The notes below the pieces were generated by a model. It made no database searches, was not told where the DNA came from, and saw nothing but the letters and a program-made list of their open reading frames with translations. The translations under genes and the position numbers were made by a program. 64,000 bases of DNA, taken from positions 263,184 to 327,183 of the forward strand of contig CBDFHV010000084.1 of NCBI GenBank assembly GCA_965247705.1. The letters run 5' to 3'. The DNA is from Rhodospirillales bacterium. GTDB taxonomy: Bacteria > Pseudomonadota > Alphaproteobacteria > Rhodospirillales > CAMCUA01. Of the stretch, positions 1 through 9,437 are shown one piece after another. The stretch's first letter is position 1. Every line of letters begins with the position of its first letter.

Positions 1-62
1 TCGGGATTGGGGGAAGGGGATGTGACGGTTGGACCTGACCGCCACCACCTTTTTCCAGTTAC

Positions 63-82
63 TCAGTGTCCCTTGGTATAAG
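63..82 (-). repeat. solo partial copy of the terminal motif of the palindromic element at 49191-49469
   Basis: TCAGTGTCCCTTGGTATAAG matches 49451-49469 (TCAGTGACCCTTGGTATTA) at 17/19 positions; no second arm nearby. Confidence 0.5.
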
Positions 83-83
83 A

Positions 84-114
84 CCTTCAACCACCGTGGC
101 TTGAAGGCTTTTTT
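84..114 (+). terminator. candidate rho-independent terminator for a gene upstream of the window
   Basis: stem CCTTCAA (84-90) / TTGAAGG (101-107), 10-nt loop, then C-TTTTTT-C. Confidence 0.55.
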
Positions 115-216
115 CAAAACCAGATCCCTATTCGCAGCTCCTCGAAATTCGTCATGCGCGGACATCGATCCACTGCTGTCCGGTTAAGCCCGCGGCCGCC
201 GTAACGCCCTCTGATC

Positions 217-300
217 GTCATGGCCGTGCTTGACACGGGCATCCACGGAACAAGGCGGATTGTGGATCAGTGGATACGCGGATCGAAATCCGCCTATGAC
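217..300. repeat. structured ~85-95 bp intergenic repeat, copy 1 of 3 (others 5798-5895 and 12437-12532)
   Basis: shared architecture GTCAT - hairpin - ATCCAyGG ... GGATACGCGG-type hairpin - ATGAC; outer arms GTCAT/ATGAC are complementary. Confidence 0.6.
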
Positions 301-418
301 GGACGGGGAAACGAAGGGATCCGCGGTGTGGTGCGGGCGAAACCGTGAGTCAGATCGCTCGCTCGCAGAAACTGGATGGTCGGCACCGACCCCGGTCGAT
401 CGATGGCGGCCCGTTCCA

Positions 419-2665
419 TCAGGTGATCCCCCGCGGGCTGTGCAGGGCGTCCTCGATAATCCGGATCAGGCCCGGCACATTGATCGGCTTGGTGATGTAG
501 TCCCTGAATCCGGCCATTTTGCCCGCCTCCACGTCCTTGCGCATGGCGGCGGCGGTAATGGCGATGACGGGGATGTCTCTGGTTTCGTGCGCATCCCGCA
601 GCTGCTTCAGGGCCTCGATACCGTTCATTCCAGGGAGGCTGAGGTCCATTAGAATCAGGGCCGGGTTTTCGCTTTTGGCAAGGTCGAACCCCAGCTCCGC
701 ATTGTAGGCGGTCAACATTCTTATATTTGTGAACTGATCAAGAATCGCTTCCACCAACTGCAGATTGGCCAGGTTGTCCTCGACATAAAGAACCGTGTGA
801 ACCGAACCCTCAACGTGCTTCAGTTCGATATTTCCGCCGGCATCCGGTTCGACCTCGACTTCCTGTGGACCGTGCGCCTGCTTGCTGCTTAAGGGAACGT
901 CGATCCAGAAGGTGCTGCCTTTGTCCTGCTCGCTCCGGTAACCGATCTGCCCGCGCAGAAGTTCGATGATCTGCTTGGTAATGGTCAGGCCGACACCAGC
1001 GCCTTCGATTTCACCGGATTCCCATCCCAGACGCTCGAAGGGCTTGAACAGCAAATCCTGCTTGGCGATCGGGACGCCCCTGCCGGTATCGGCGACGCTT
1101 ATCCTCAACATCCGATTGGGCAATTCCTGGGCGGTTAGGGTCACCGTGCCATTCTCGCGGTTATACTTGATGGCGTTGGACAATAGGTTGAGCAAGGCCT
1201 GCGTGACTCGGGTGCTGTCGGTCCACAGAAGCGGCAGATCGACCCCGACGGTCCGGTCGATAATTTGGATACCTTCGTCCTTGGCCCGTGTCCCGACAAG
1301 CTGCAGACTTTCATCGATCACATCCCGGGCCGCGGCATGATCGAGGCTGAGCGACAGCTTTCCGGCCTCGATCATGCTCAGTTCCAGCACCTGATTGATC
1401 AGTTCCAGCAGATGGTTGGCGGCCTTGAGAATGTTAAGGACGTAGGATTTCTGGCTTTCGCTCAACGGATCGTTCGGGTTGAGTTGCATCAACTGGGCAA
1501 AGCCGAGGACCGCGTTCATGGGCGTGCGCAGTTCGTGGCTCATGGAGGAAAGAAACTCGGACTTGGCCCGGCTGGCGGATTCGGCCGTCAGCTTGGCGTC
1601 GATCAGCGAGCGTTCGTCCTTTTTGTGTTGTATGGCAATGCCCGCCAGATTGGCGGCATTCTCGATCGCCGCGATATCCGATTCCACCGGTGACCTCGGC
1701 GTATCGTAGTAGATGGCGAACGTGGCGAGCACGTTGCCCGATCCGTCGAGGACGGTCTCCGACCAACACGCGGCGAGTCCCGCCTCGGCGGCCAGATCCT
1801 TGTACTGTTCCCAGAAGGGGTGGTGCGCGATATCGCTGACGATGGTCCGTTCGCCCGTGGCGGCAGCGTTGCCGCAACTGCCCAGGCCAACGGCGAATTC
1901 CAGCCCATCAATGGCGTCGTTATAGAACGCGGGCAGGTTGGGCGCGGCGCCCTGGAGAAAGTGCCGGCCACCTTTGTCGACCAGGAGGATGGAGCAAAGG
2001 GAGCCCTTGAGTTCTTCCTCTATGCCGAGGATCAGGGTTTCCAGGATCTCGCCGATCGGCTTGCCCTTGGCGAGCTTTTCCAGGACCACACCGCGGTTCC
2101 GTTCCCGCTGCTCGGAACGCTCCAATTCCTCCAGAATTGCCTGGCCATTCCAGTTGGCGGCTTCCAGTAGTTTGACCGATTGCCGCAGCTTCAACTGCGA
2201 CACGACTTGGCGTGCCAGCGCCTCCAGAGCCTTTGCCTGGTCTTCGTTGATCGTTCTCGGCTCAGTGCCGACGACGCACAAGGTGCCGACCCTCAGGTCG
2301 CCTGGCATGATCAGCGGCGCGCCCGCATAGAATCTTACCCGCGGCCCGTCGGTGACCAACGGGTTGTCGTGAAAACGCTCGTCCTTGGTCGCGTCTTCGA
2401 CAATCGTCAGGTCGTTGTCGAGAATGGCATGGGGACAGAAGCCCAACTCGCGGGACACTTCGGTGGCATCCAAGCCAAGGTGTGATTTGAGGAACTGGCG
2501 ATCGCGGTCAATCAGGCTGATCAGCGCGATCGGCACGCCACATATCTGCGCCACCAAGTGGGTGATATCGTCGTAGACCTGTTCTTCCAGGGTATCCAGG
2601 ATGTCGAGCTCGTACAGCTTCTGGAGCCGCTGTTCCTCGTTCGCCGGTAGCGGTGCGGGAATCAT
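419..2665 (-). CDS. hybrid sensor histidine kinase (GAF-GAF-HisKA-HATPase_c-REC)
   Basis: N-terminal PANEEQRL...ILDT...ALISLID GAF-type motif, H-box SHELRTPMNAV, ATPase G-boxes DTGRGV / GAGVGL, C-terminal receiver LILMDLSLPGMNG. Start set at ATG 2665; in-frame ATG at 2728 is an alternative. Confidence 0.9.
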   Translation of the reverse strand: MIPAPLPANEEQRLQKLYELDILDTLEEQVYDDITHLVAQICGVPIALISLIDRDRQFLKSHLGLDATEVSRELGFCPHAILDNDLTIVEDATKDERFHDNPLVTDGPRVRFYAGAPLIMPGDLRVGTLCVVGTEPRTINEDQAKALEALARQVVSQLKLRQSVKLLEAANWNGQAILEELERSEQRERNRGVVLEKLAKGKPIGEILETLILGIEEELKGSLCSILLVDKGGRHFLQGAAPNLPAFYNDAIDGLEFAVGLGSCGNAAATGERTIVSDIAHHPFWEQYKDLAAEAGLAACWSETVLDGSGNVLATFAIYYDTPRSPVESDIAAIENAANLAGIAIQHKKDERSLIDAKLTAESASRAKSEFLSSMSHELRTPMNAVLGFAQLMQLNPNDPLSESQKSYVLNILKAANHLLELINQVLELSMIEAGKLSLSLDHAAARDVIDESLQLVGTRAKDEGIQIIDRTVGVDLPLLWTDSTRVTQALLNLLSNAIKYNRENGTVTLTAQELPNRMLRISVADTGRGVPIAKQDLLFKPFERLGWESGEIEGAGVGLTITKQIIELLRGQIGYRSEQDKGSTFWIDVPLSSKQAHGPQEVEVEPDAGGNIELKHVEGSVHTVLYVEDNLANLQLVEAILDQFTNIRMLTAYNAELGFDLAKSENPALILMDLSLPGMNGIEALKQLRDAHETRDIPVIAITAAAMRKDVEAGKMAGFRDYITKPINVPGLIRIIEDALHSPRGIT

Positions 2666-2740
2666 GGCAAACGCCCTTCGAAAAAGATGATCGCCCCGAT
2701 AACGCAGTGTCGACCATCGGCGTCGCATTCTGCCGAACCC

Positions 2741-2880
2741 GTGTTAGAATTCATACTATCCTTTCGGGTGATATTGGATAGTCTTGATAAAATAAAAATA
2801 GCCCTATGAAAAATTTTATACTTAATAAATAATTATTTATAATGAAGTGATATGTAATATTCTAATATTATCCAGACAAG
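2741..2880. promoter_or_regulatory. strongly AT-rich tract upstream of the hybrid kinase gene
   Basis: runs such as AATAAAAATA, TTAATAAATAATTATTTATAAT in a genome that is otherwise about two-thirds G+C; contains a 7-bp inverted repeat ACTATCC/GGATAGT (2754-2781). Confidence 0.5.
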
Positions 2881-3084
2881 ACCTCAGCCTGGTTCTGATT
2901 ATGGGCAATCGAGCCGTGTCGGGACATGATAGATCGCACGCCGATCGGACCAGCCGCCACGCAAGAGAGGCATGGGATCCGCCCGTTCCGTTTAGAACGG
3001 TTGTCGCGCTCCCACCGTTGGCAAACTTGCCGATGGCGGCGGCATCAAGGCTGGCGGCCGTCACGGGACGGCCTCCCGCCCCCC

Positions 3085-3792
3085 TCAATGAATATCCGCC
3101 TGGCCCGCCATCGCCTTCCGCAGGGCGGCGACGGTGAAGCCGGGCGCCCGGGCGGCGTCGATAACCAGCTTTTCCTTGCGCGCCACCAGGTCGGCGGCGG
3201 CAGGGACATCGCGAGCGACGGCGGCCGGTATTACCACGGCGCCATGGCCGTCGGCGTGGATCAGGTCGCCGGAGCGCACGGCCATGCCGTGGATGTTTAC
3301 CGGCGTCGCGAAGTCCACGATGTGCACGTGGGCGTGACTGGGGCCCAGCATCCCGGCCAGGGCTTGAAAGCCCTCGGCCCATTCGTTCAGGTCGCGGATG
3401 GAGCCGTCGGTGACTACGCCGATGGCGCCCAGGCCCTTGTGGACGGCGCTGTTGACTTCGCCCCAGAAGGCGCCGACGCCGCGCACCGGGTCCAGATCCT
3501 GGATCACCACCACCGTTGGGTCGGCGCCCGAGGCGACGTAGTCGTAGTAGGCCAGCCGCTGCTCTCTCATCTCGTCCGCCGATCGCCCCGGCGGGTCCAT
3601 GGCGCGAATGGTGGCGGTGCGCGCATAGCCGACCATGGGCGGCAGGGCCGGGTCGACGCAGACAAAAGGCTTGATGGTAAAGCCGGTGGTGCGGCGTTCG
3701 GGCGCCACGATCTCCAGCGCGTTGCAGACGGTGGGGGTGTCGAGGGCCCGAAGGGCCGCCAGATCGGCGTCGGTGAGCGCTGCGTCGGTCAT
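3085..3792 (-). CDS. RraA-family protein (HMG/CHA-aldolase / oxaloacetate decarboxylase-like)
   Basis: 235 aa; DTPTVCNALE, GAFWGEV, GVVTDGSIRD motifs typical of the RraA-like fold. Confidence 0.8.
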   Translation of the reverse strand: MTDAALTDADLAALRALDTPTVCNALEIVAPERRTTGFTIKPFVCVDPALPPMVGYARTATIRAMDPPGRSADEMREQRLAYYDYVASGADPTVVVIQDLDPVRGVGAFWGEVNSAVHKGLGAIGVVTDGSIRDLNEWAEGFQALAGMLGPSHAHVHIVDFATPVNIHGMAVRSGDLIHADGHGAVVIPAAVARDVPAAADLVARKEKLVIDAARAPGFTVAALRKAMAGQADIH

Positions 3793-3883
3793 GGGGCGTT
3801 TCCTCCCGCGCGTCCATTAAGGTAAGAGAACGAGGGACCAGCCATATCCCGTCCCGCGTTGCCTGCCAAGAAAGGATCGTCCC

Positions 3884-4828
3884 ATGGCCGCCGCCGAGCT
3901 CTCCGACGACAGCGCCGCCGCCCATCAGGTGCCGGGCCCCGGGGAGCGGGTGCTGGACCACGTCGGCCTCTTCGTGCCGGATATGGACAAGGGCCGGGAA
4001 GCCCTGGCCCGCCTCGGCTTCACCCTGCCCCCCGTCACCCCCCAGCGCCACTCCCTGGGCCCGGGGGAGCCGGTGGTGCCGGCGGGCACGGCCAACTGCA
4101 CCGTCATGTTGCGGCAGGGCTACGTGGAGATGCTGGCGGTGGTGGGGGAGGGTCCCATCGCCGATCAGATCACCGCGGCCATGAAGCGCTATGTGGGCCT
4201 GCACCTGATCGCTTTCGGCAGCGGAGACGTGGAGGCGGAACACGCCCGTCTCGCGGACGTTGGTTTCGAGCCGGCGCCGGTGGTCCGCCTGCAACGCACG
4301 GTGGGCACCCCGGACGGCGAGGCCATCGCCCAATTCTCCGTGCTGCGGGTGCCCCCCGGCACCCATCCCGAAGGCCGCATCCAATTCTGCCGGCATCACA
4401 CCGCCGGGGTGGTGTGGCAGTCACGCTGGATCGCCCACCCCAACCGGGCCATGGCGCTGACCCACATGGCCCTGGTGGTGGCCGACCCGGCGGAGGCGGC
4501 GGTCCGCATCGGCCGCTTTGCCGGCGCCGCCCCGGCGCGGCGAACTGACGGCGGTTGGGACCTGGCCCTGGATCGGGGGTGGCTGACGTTCCTGGACCAA
4601 GGCGGCGCGGCCACCCTTTTGCCCGATGTCTCCGTGCCCGGCCTGCCCTTCATGGCCGCCTTCGCCCTCGACAGCGCCGACACCGCGGAAACCGCCCGGG
4701 TGCTGCGGCAGGCGGACATCGTCCCCGGTGACTTCGACGGCGGGCTCCTGGTTCCCCCATCGCCCGACCTGGGCTGCGCCATCGCCTTCCTGAAGCCTTC
4801 CGCCCCACCGCCCTGGGCAGCAATCTGA
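3884..4828 (+). CDS. VOC (glyoxalase-like domain) family protein
   Basis: 314 aa; LDHVGLFVPD start of a glyoxalase-like beta-alpha-beta module; coding-like composition. Confidence 0.7.
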   Translation: MAAAELSDDSAAAHQVPGPGERVLDHVGLFVPDMDKGREALARLGFTLPPVTPQRHSLGPGEPVVPAGTANCTVMLRQGYVEMLAVVGEGPIADQITAAMKRYVGLHLIAFGSGDVEAEHARLADVGFEPAPVVRLQRTVGTPDGEAIAQFSVLRVPPGTHPEGRIQFCRHHTAGVVWQSRWIAHPNRAMALTHMALVVADPAEAAVRIGRFAGAAPARRTDGGWDLALDRGWLTFLDQGGAATLLPDVSVPGLPFMAAFALDSADTAETARVLRQADIVPGDFDGGLLVPPSPDLGCAIAFLKPSAPPPWAAI

Positions 4829-4850
4829 CCCCGCGACCGAGGAGAACCCA

Positions 4851-5783
4851 ATGGAAAATCGACCCTTCGGCAAGACCGGCCATGACGTCTCCGCCCTCGG
4901 CTTCGGCGGCGCGGAGGTCGGCTACCTGGAGACCGAACAGCGCCAAGTGGCCCAGGTCCTCAACACACTGCTGGATGAAGGCGTCAATCTTATCGACACC
5001 GCCGCCGCCTACGCCGGCTCCGAAGAGGTCATCGGCAAGGCCATCGCCCACCGCCGGGACGAGTATGTGCTGGTCTCCAAGTGCGGGCGCCCGTTCGAGG
5101 ACCTGCCGGGCGAGGCCTGGTCGCCGGATCTGGTCTCCGCCACCGTGGACCGGTCCTTGAGGCGCCTGCAGACGGACCGCCTGGACGTGATGCTGCTCCA
5201 TTCCTGCGACTTGGAAATCCTTAAGAAAGGCGACGCCCTGGGGGCCCTCATCAAGGCGCGGGAGGCGGGCAAGATCCGCTTCGTCGGCTATTCCGGGGAC
5301 AACGAAGCGGCGGTCCACGCCGCCGGGCTTCCCGACGTCGCCGTCATCGAGACCTCGGTCAGCATTTGCGACCAGGCGAACATCGACGGCGTCCTGCCTC
5401 TGGCCGCCCGCAATGGGATCGGCGTCCTCGCCAAGCGTCCCATCGCCAACGCCGCCTGGAAGGACGTTTCGGAGCGGCGGGGCATCTACGTGAACTATGC
5501 CAAGACCTATGCCGCCCGCCTGGCCGCCATGGGCCTCGCGCCCGCCGACCTGGGCTTCGGCGGCGACCCCGCCGAGGCGTGGCCCGAGATCGCGCTCCGC
5601 TTCACCTTGGCCCAGCCCGGGGTCACCACGGCCATCATCGGCACCACCAGCGATGGTCACGTGCGCCGCAACATCGCGATCGCCGGCCAGGGGCCGCTGC
5701 CCGAAGACGCCATGGCCAAGATCCGCGAGGCCTTCCGCCGCGCCGAACGGGAGGCTGGAGAGGCGTGGCCGGGGCAGACATAG
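4851..5783 (+). CDS. aldo/keto reductase
   Basis: 310 aa; GFGGAEVG, NLIDTAAAYAGSE, VSKCG, MLLHS motifs; 22 nt after the VOC gene. Confidence 0.9.
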   Translation: MENRPFGKTGHDVSALGFGGAEVGYLETEQRQVAQVLNTLLDEGVNLIDTAAAYAGSEEVIGKAIAHRRDEYVLVSKCGRPFEDLPGEAWSPDLVSATVDRSLRRLQTDRLDVMLLHSCDLEILKKGDALGALIKAREAGKIRFVGYSGDNEAAVHAAGLPDVAVIETSVSICDQANIDGVLPLAARNGIGVLAKRPIANAAWKDVSERRGIYVNYAKTYAARLAAMGLAPADLGFGGDPAEAWPEIALRFTLAQPGVTTAIIGTTSDGHVRRNIAIAGQGPLPEDAMAKIREAFRRAEREAGEAWPGQT

Positions 5784-5797
5784 GCGCCTCACTCCAA

Positions 5798-5895
5798 TTT
5801 GTCGTTGCCGGACTTGTTCCGGCAACCCATGGCGCCGTCAACGCTTGAGTCCGCCATGTTCCATGGGTACCCGGAACGAGTCCGGGCACGACAAA
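5798..5895. repeat. structured intergenic repeat, copy 2 of 3
   Basis: TTTGTCGT...ACGACAAA outer arms; hairpins GTTGCCGGA-CTTGT-TCCGGCAAC and CCCGGA-ACGAG-TCCGGG. Confidence 0.65.
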
Positions 5896-5967
5896 TCGGT
5901 TCGGTATGGCCGTGGGCGGGAACGCGTTGAGACTTGCGTGACCCGTATCGCCGCGACGTCTCCGACC

Positions 5968-6732
5968 CTACACCAGCCCCCCGTTGACGTGAATCACTTG
6001 GCCGCTGATGTAGCTTGAGTCCCGGGAGGCGAGGAAGGCGACCATGGCGGCGACCTCGTCCTGGCGGCCGATGCGCCGGAAGGGAATGCGGGCCACCAGG
6101 TCCGCCCACTGCTCGGGGGTCAGGGACGAATGGGTGCCCGGGTCCTTCTCGATAAAGCCCGGCGCCACGGCGTTGGCGGTGACGCCCAGGGGCGCGAGCT
6201 GGACGGCGAGGCAGCGGGTCATGGCCTCCAGTGCTGCCTTGGCCGCGGCAGAGGCGGGGAAGCTGGGGATGTCGTTGCGGTAAACATGCGCGCCGACGGC
6301 GCTGATGGCGATCACCCGGCCATCGGTGGCTTCTTCCAGGTGAGGCAGCGCCGCTGTCACCATGCGGAAAAACCCGCCCGCCACCACATCGTGCACTTTC
6401 TCGAAGCCCGCCAGGTCAATGGTGCCAAAGGGCCGCGCGTCGCCGAACCCGGCGTTGGCGATCAGCACGTCCAAGCCGCCGAAGGCCGCCACCGCCGCCG
6501 CCGCCAGGTCACTGGCGACCTGGGGTTCCGCCAGGTCGCCGGTGATCACCCGGGCCTCAGCGCCCGCCTCCCGGGCCCCTTCGGCGACCCGCTCGCATCC
6601 CGCTTGGTTGACCCTGGCGTGGATCACCAAGCCGACGCCGGGCGCGGCCAGGCGGCGCACCGTGGCGGCGCCAATGCCGCTGCCCGAGCCGGTGACGAGA
6701 ATGGAACGGAGGCGGCGCATGGCCGCGCCCAC
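5968..6732 (-). CDS. SDR-family oxidoreductase (atypical active-site motif)
   Basis: 254 aa; TGSGSGIG Rossmann motif, NAVAPGFI; the usual YxxxK position reads S-A-A-A-K. Confidence 0.85.
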   Translation of the reverse strand: MGAAMRRLRSILVTGSGSGIGAATVRRLAAPGVGLVIHARVNQAGCERVAEGAREAGAEARVITGDLAEPQVASDLAAAAVAAFGGLDVLIANAGFGDARPFGTIDLAGFEKVHDVVAGGFFRMVTAALPHLEEATDGRVIAISAVGAHVYRNDIPSFPASAAAKAALEAMTRCLAVQLAPLGVTANAVAPGFIEKDPGTHSSLTPEQWADLVARIPFRRIGRQDEVAAMVAFLASRDSSYISGQVIHVNGGLV

Positions 6733-6748
6733 GAATCGGCTCCTCGCC

Positions 6749-7426
6749 TCAGAAATTATCGCCCAACTTGGCCTGCACCAGCTTGGTCGCGCCGCCGATG
6801 TCGCCGATCTTCTCGCCGCCCTCGAGGATGCGGCGGTGCATGGCGGGCTCGGTGGCCATTTTATCGAGCGCCCAGTCGGCCATATACTCGGTGTCCTCGG
6901 GCGGCATGATCAGCACGCCGCCGTCGTCCAGCAGCACCGAATAGCCGGGCAGCACCGCCACCCCGCCGCAGCAGACGGGCACGTTCATGGCGCCGCCGAT
7001 GTCGTAGCGCCGGGTGGTCACCGGCGCCGGCCCGCGGCACCATACGGGCACGTCGTACATGCGGATCTCGTGAAAATCGGCGCAAGCGCCGTCGACGACC
7101 ACGGCGGTGGCGCCCTGGGCCTTGGCCTGGGCGGCGGTGCCGCCACCGAAGCAGGCGTGCTTGTGGTCTCCCATGCGGTCGACCACCAGCACGTCGCCGG
7201 GCCTCAGCAGTCCCAGGGCGTGATGCATGAGGGTCGAATCCTGGCCGGGCAGGGCCAAGGTCACGGCGGTGCCGGCAAGGCGCTTGCCGGGAATGACCGA
7301 CTGGATAGCCCGGTTGACGAAGCCCAACTGGCGCAGATGGCCGATGGTGGCGGTCTCGCAGGCGGCCAGCTTGCCGATGATGCGGGCATCCACCTGGGTT
7401 GGCATGTCCTTGACGACGTAGGTCAT
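6749..7426 (-). CDS. RraA-family protein, second copy
   Basis: 225 aa; GDVLVVD, FGGGTAAQAKAQGATAVVVDGACAD motifs; directly downstream of the permease genes. Confidence 0.8.
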   Translation of the reverse strand: MTYVVKDMPTQVDARIIGKLAACETATIGHLRQLGFVNRAIQSVIPGKRLAGTAVTLALPGQDSTLMHHALGLLRPGDVLVVDRMGDHKHACFGGGTAAQAKAQGATAVVVDGACADFHEIRMYDVPVWCRGPAPVTTRRYDIGGAMNVPVCCGGVAVLPGYSVLLDDGGVLIMPPEDTEYMADWALDKMATEPAMHRRILEGGEKIGDIGGATKLVQAKLGDNF

Positions 7427-7459
7427 GGTTCGGGGTCCCCCTTTCGAAGATGGAAATGG

Positions 7460-8371
7460 CTAGCGTTGGAGCCGGGGATTGAGCACGTCGCGAAGCTGAT
7501 CGCCCATCAGGTTGATGCTGACGACGGTGATCAACAGCGCGATGCCCGGAAAGATGCTGATCCAGTAGCGCCCGCTGAGCATGTGGCCAAAGCCGTTGGA
7601 GATCAACAGGCCCAGGGACGGCTCGGTGGGGGGCAGACCGACGCCGAGGAACGACAGTGTCGCCTCCAGGGTGATGGCGTGGGCCACCTGCACCGTCGCC
7701 ACCACAATCAGCGGCGGCAGGCAGTTGGGCATCAGGTGGCGAAAGGCGATGCGCGAATGGCCGAGGGCCAGGCATTGGGCGGCGTCCATGTATTCCTTGC
7801 CGCCCTCCACCAGGGCAGTACCGCGCACGGTGCGGGCGTAGTAGGCCCACTGGACGATCACCAGGGCGAGGACGATCTTGTCGATTCCCCGCCCCAGCAC
7901 CGCCAACAACACCAACGCCACAAGAATCGTCGGAAACCCCAGTTGCAGGTCGACGGTGCGCATGATCAACACGTCCACCCGGCCGCCGAAGTAGGCCGCG
8001 GTCAGCCCAAGGGAGGTGCCGACGACCAGGGCGATCAGAGTGCTTGTGGCGCCGACGCCAAGGCTGATGCGCAGGCCGTAGAAGATGCCGCTCATCATGT
8101 CGCGGCCCTGCTCGTCGGTGCCGAGTACGTAGGCCTTGCCCTCGAACCCCTCCGAGCCGGGCGGCAATTGTCCGTCCAGGATGTTGAGCTGGGCCAGATC
8201 GTACGGGTCCTGGGGCGAGATCCAGGGCGCCACGATGGCGATCCCCACCAGGGCCGCGAACACGGCAAGCCCCAGCACGGCCAGGGGATTCTCCGAAAAA
8301 TCCGAAACGAAGCGGCGGACCGGGGTTTGCACCCGTTCCGCCGCGACTGGGTTGGCGGCCGGCGCGGTCAT
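7460..8371 (-). CDS. ABC transporter permease (DppC/OppC-like)
   Basis: 303 aa, multi-TM, typical C-terminal GDQLRDVLNPRLQ; 4-nt overlap with the upstream permease. Confidence 0.9.
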   Translation of the reverse strand: MTAPAANPVAAERVQTPVRRFVSDFSENPLAVLGLAVFAALVGIAIVAPWISPQDPYDLAQLNILDGQLPPGSEGFEGKAYVLGTDEQGRDMMSGIFYGLRISLGVGATSTLIALVVGTSLGLTAAYFGGRVDVLIMRTVDLQLGFPTILVALVLLAVLGRGIDKIVLALVIVQWAYYARTVRGTALVEGGKEYMDAAQCLALGHSRIAFRHLMPNCLPPLIVVATVQVAHAITLEATLSFLGVGLPPTEPSLGLLISNGFGHMLSGRYWISIFPGIALLITVVSINLMGDQLRDVLNPRLQR

Positions 8372-9345
8372 GCCTGGGCCCTGGTCAGGCGAACCCGGGG
8401 GTCGAGGTAGGAATAGACGATGTCCACCAGCAGATTGATCGTCACGAACAGGGACACCGTCAGCATCAGGTAGGCGACGATCACCGGCCGGTCGAGGACG
8501 CCGATGGAATCGATCATCAGCTTGCCCATGCCGGGCCAGGAAAAGATCGTCTCGGTGACAACGGAAAAGGCGATGACGCTGCCCAGTTCGATGCCCAGCA
8601 CGGTGACCACCGGGATCAGGATGTTCTTCAGGATGTGGACCCAGATCACCCGGCGGGCCGACAGGCCCTTAGCCCAGGCGAACTTCACGTAGTCCAGATG
8701 CACGGATTCCCGTACGCCGGCGCGGGTCAGGCGGATGATGAGGGACAGCTTGAACAGTGCCAGGTTGAACGCCGGCAGCACCATGTGCGCCAAGCCATCG
8801 ATGGTCAGGATGCTCAGCTCCACGTCGCCGACGGTGACCGTCTCGCCCCGCCCCGTGGACGGCAGCCAGCCCAGCTCGACGGCGAAAATCAGGATCATCA
8901 CGATCCCCACCCAGAAGGTGGGCAGGCTGAAACCGAGGATGGATCCGCCCATGATGGCGCGCCCGGTCCAGGTGTTGGGCTTCAGACCCGCCACCATGCC
9001 CAGAGGCACCCCGAGGACCAGGGAAATGACCATGGCGGCCAGCGCCAGTTCCAGGGTGGCCGGCAAGCGCTCAGCGATGAGTCCGAGCGCCGGCTCGTTG
9101 TGGACAAATGAGGTGCCCAGATCCCCCTGCATGGCATTGACGACGAAAACGCCGTATTGCCGCCACAAGGGAAGATCCAGGCCGAGGTCGCGGATCGCCC
9201 GCTCTCTCTCATCCTCCGACGCCTCGTCGCTGATCAGGATGTCGACCGGGTTGCCGATGGCGAAGACGCCGACAAAAACCAGGACCGAAACGACCGCCAG
9301 GACGGCGACGCTTTGCATCAACCGGCGAAGAATGAAGACGATCAT
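8368..9345 (-). CDS. ABC transporter permease (DppB/OppB-like)
   Basis: 325 aa; N-terminal MIVFILRRLMQS..., C-terminal DIVYSYLDPRVR typical of this family. Confidence 0.9.
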   Translation of the reverse strand: MIVFILRRLMQSVAVLAVVSVLVFVGVFAIGNPVDILISDEASEDERERAIRDLGLDLPLWRQYGVFVVNAMQGDLGTSFVHNEPALGLIAERLPATLELALAAMVISLVLGVPLGMVAGLKPNTWTGRAIMGGSILGFSLPTFWVGIVMILIFAVELGWLPSTGRGETVTVGDVELSILTIDGLAHMVLPAFNLALFKLSLIIRLTRAGVRESVHLDYVKFAWAKGLSARRVIWVHILKNILIPVVTVLGIELGSVIAFSVVTETIFSWPGMGKLMIDSIGVLDRPVIVAYLMLTVSLFVTINLLVDIVYSYLDPRVRLTRAQA

Positions 9346-9437
9346 CGCCGGTTCCCGCCTATCTCCCCTTCGCAGCGGCTGTCGGGGCGGGTTCGAAACC
9401 CGCCCCGACGATCACGCACCGCGAATGTTCGCGCTGC

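Noticed and set aside
2662-2754. 30-codon upstream ORF (MNSNTGSAEC...) whose TGA overlaps the ATG at 2665 of the hybrid kinase
   Set aside because: I noticed the overlap while checking the kinase start. There is no RBS and no conservation evidence, and the in-frame ATG at 2728 offers a competing explanation. It cannot be supported from the sequence alone.
2822-2836. CtrA-box-like TTAA-N7-TTAT
   Set aside because: The second half-site is imperfect. In a tract that is nearly all A/T, such a match is expected by chance.
2837-4399. 520-aa minus-strand ORF spanning the RraA and VOC genes
   Set aside because: Its composition is Arg/Gly/Pro/Ala/His-rich low complexity. It overlaps two ORFs with clear family motifs, one in another frame and one on the other strand. 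This is a typical high-GC shadow ORF.
6362-8410. 682-aa plus-strand ORF
   Set aside because: It is antisense to the SDR, RraA and permease genes. It has no recognisable motifs and a shadow-ORF composition.
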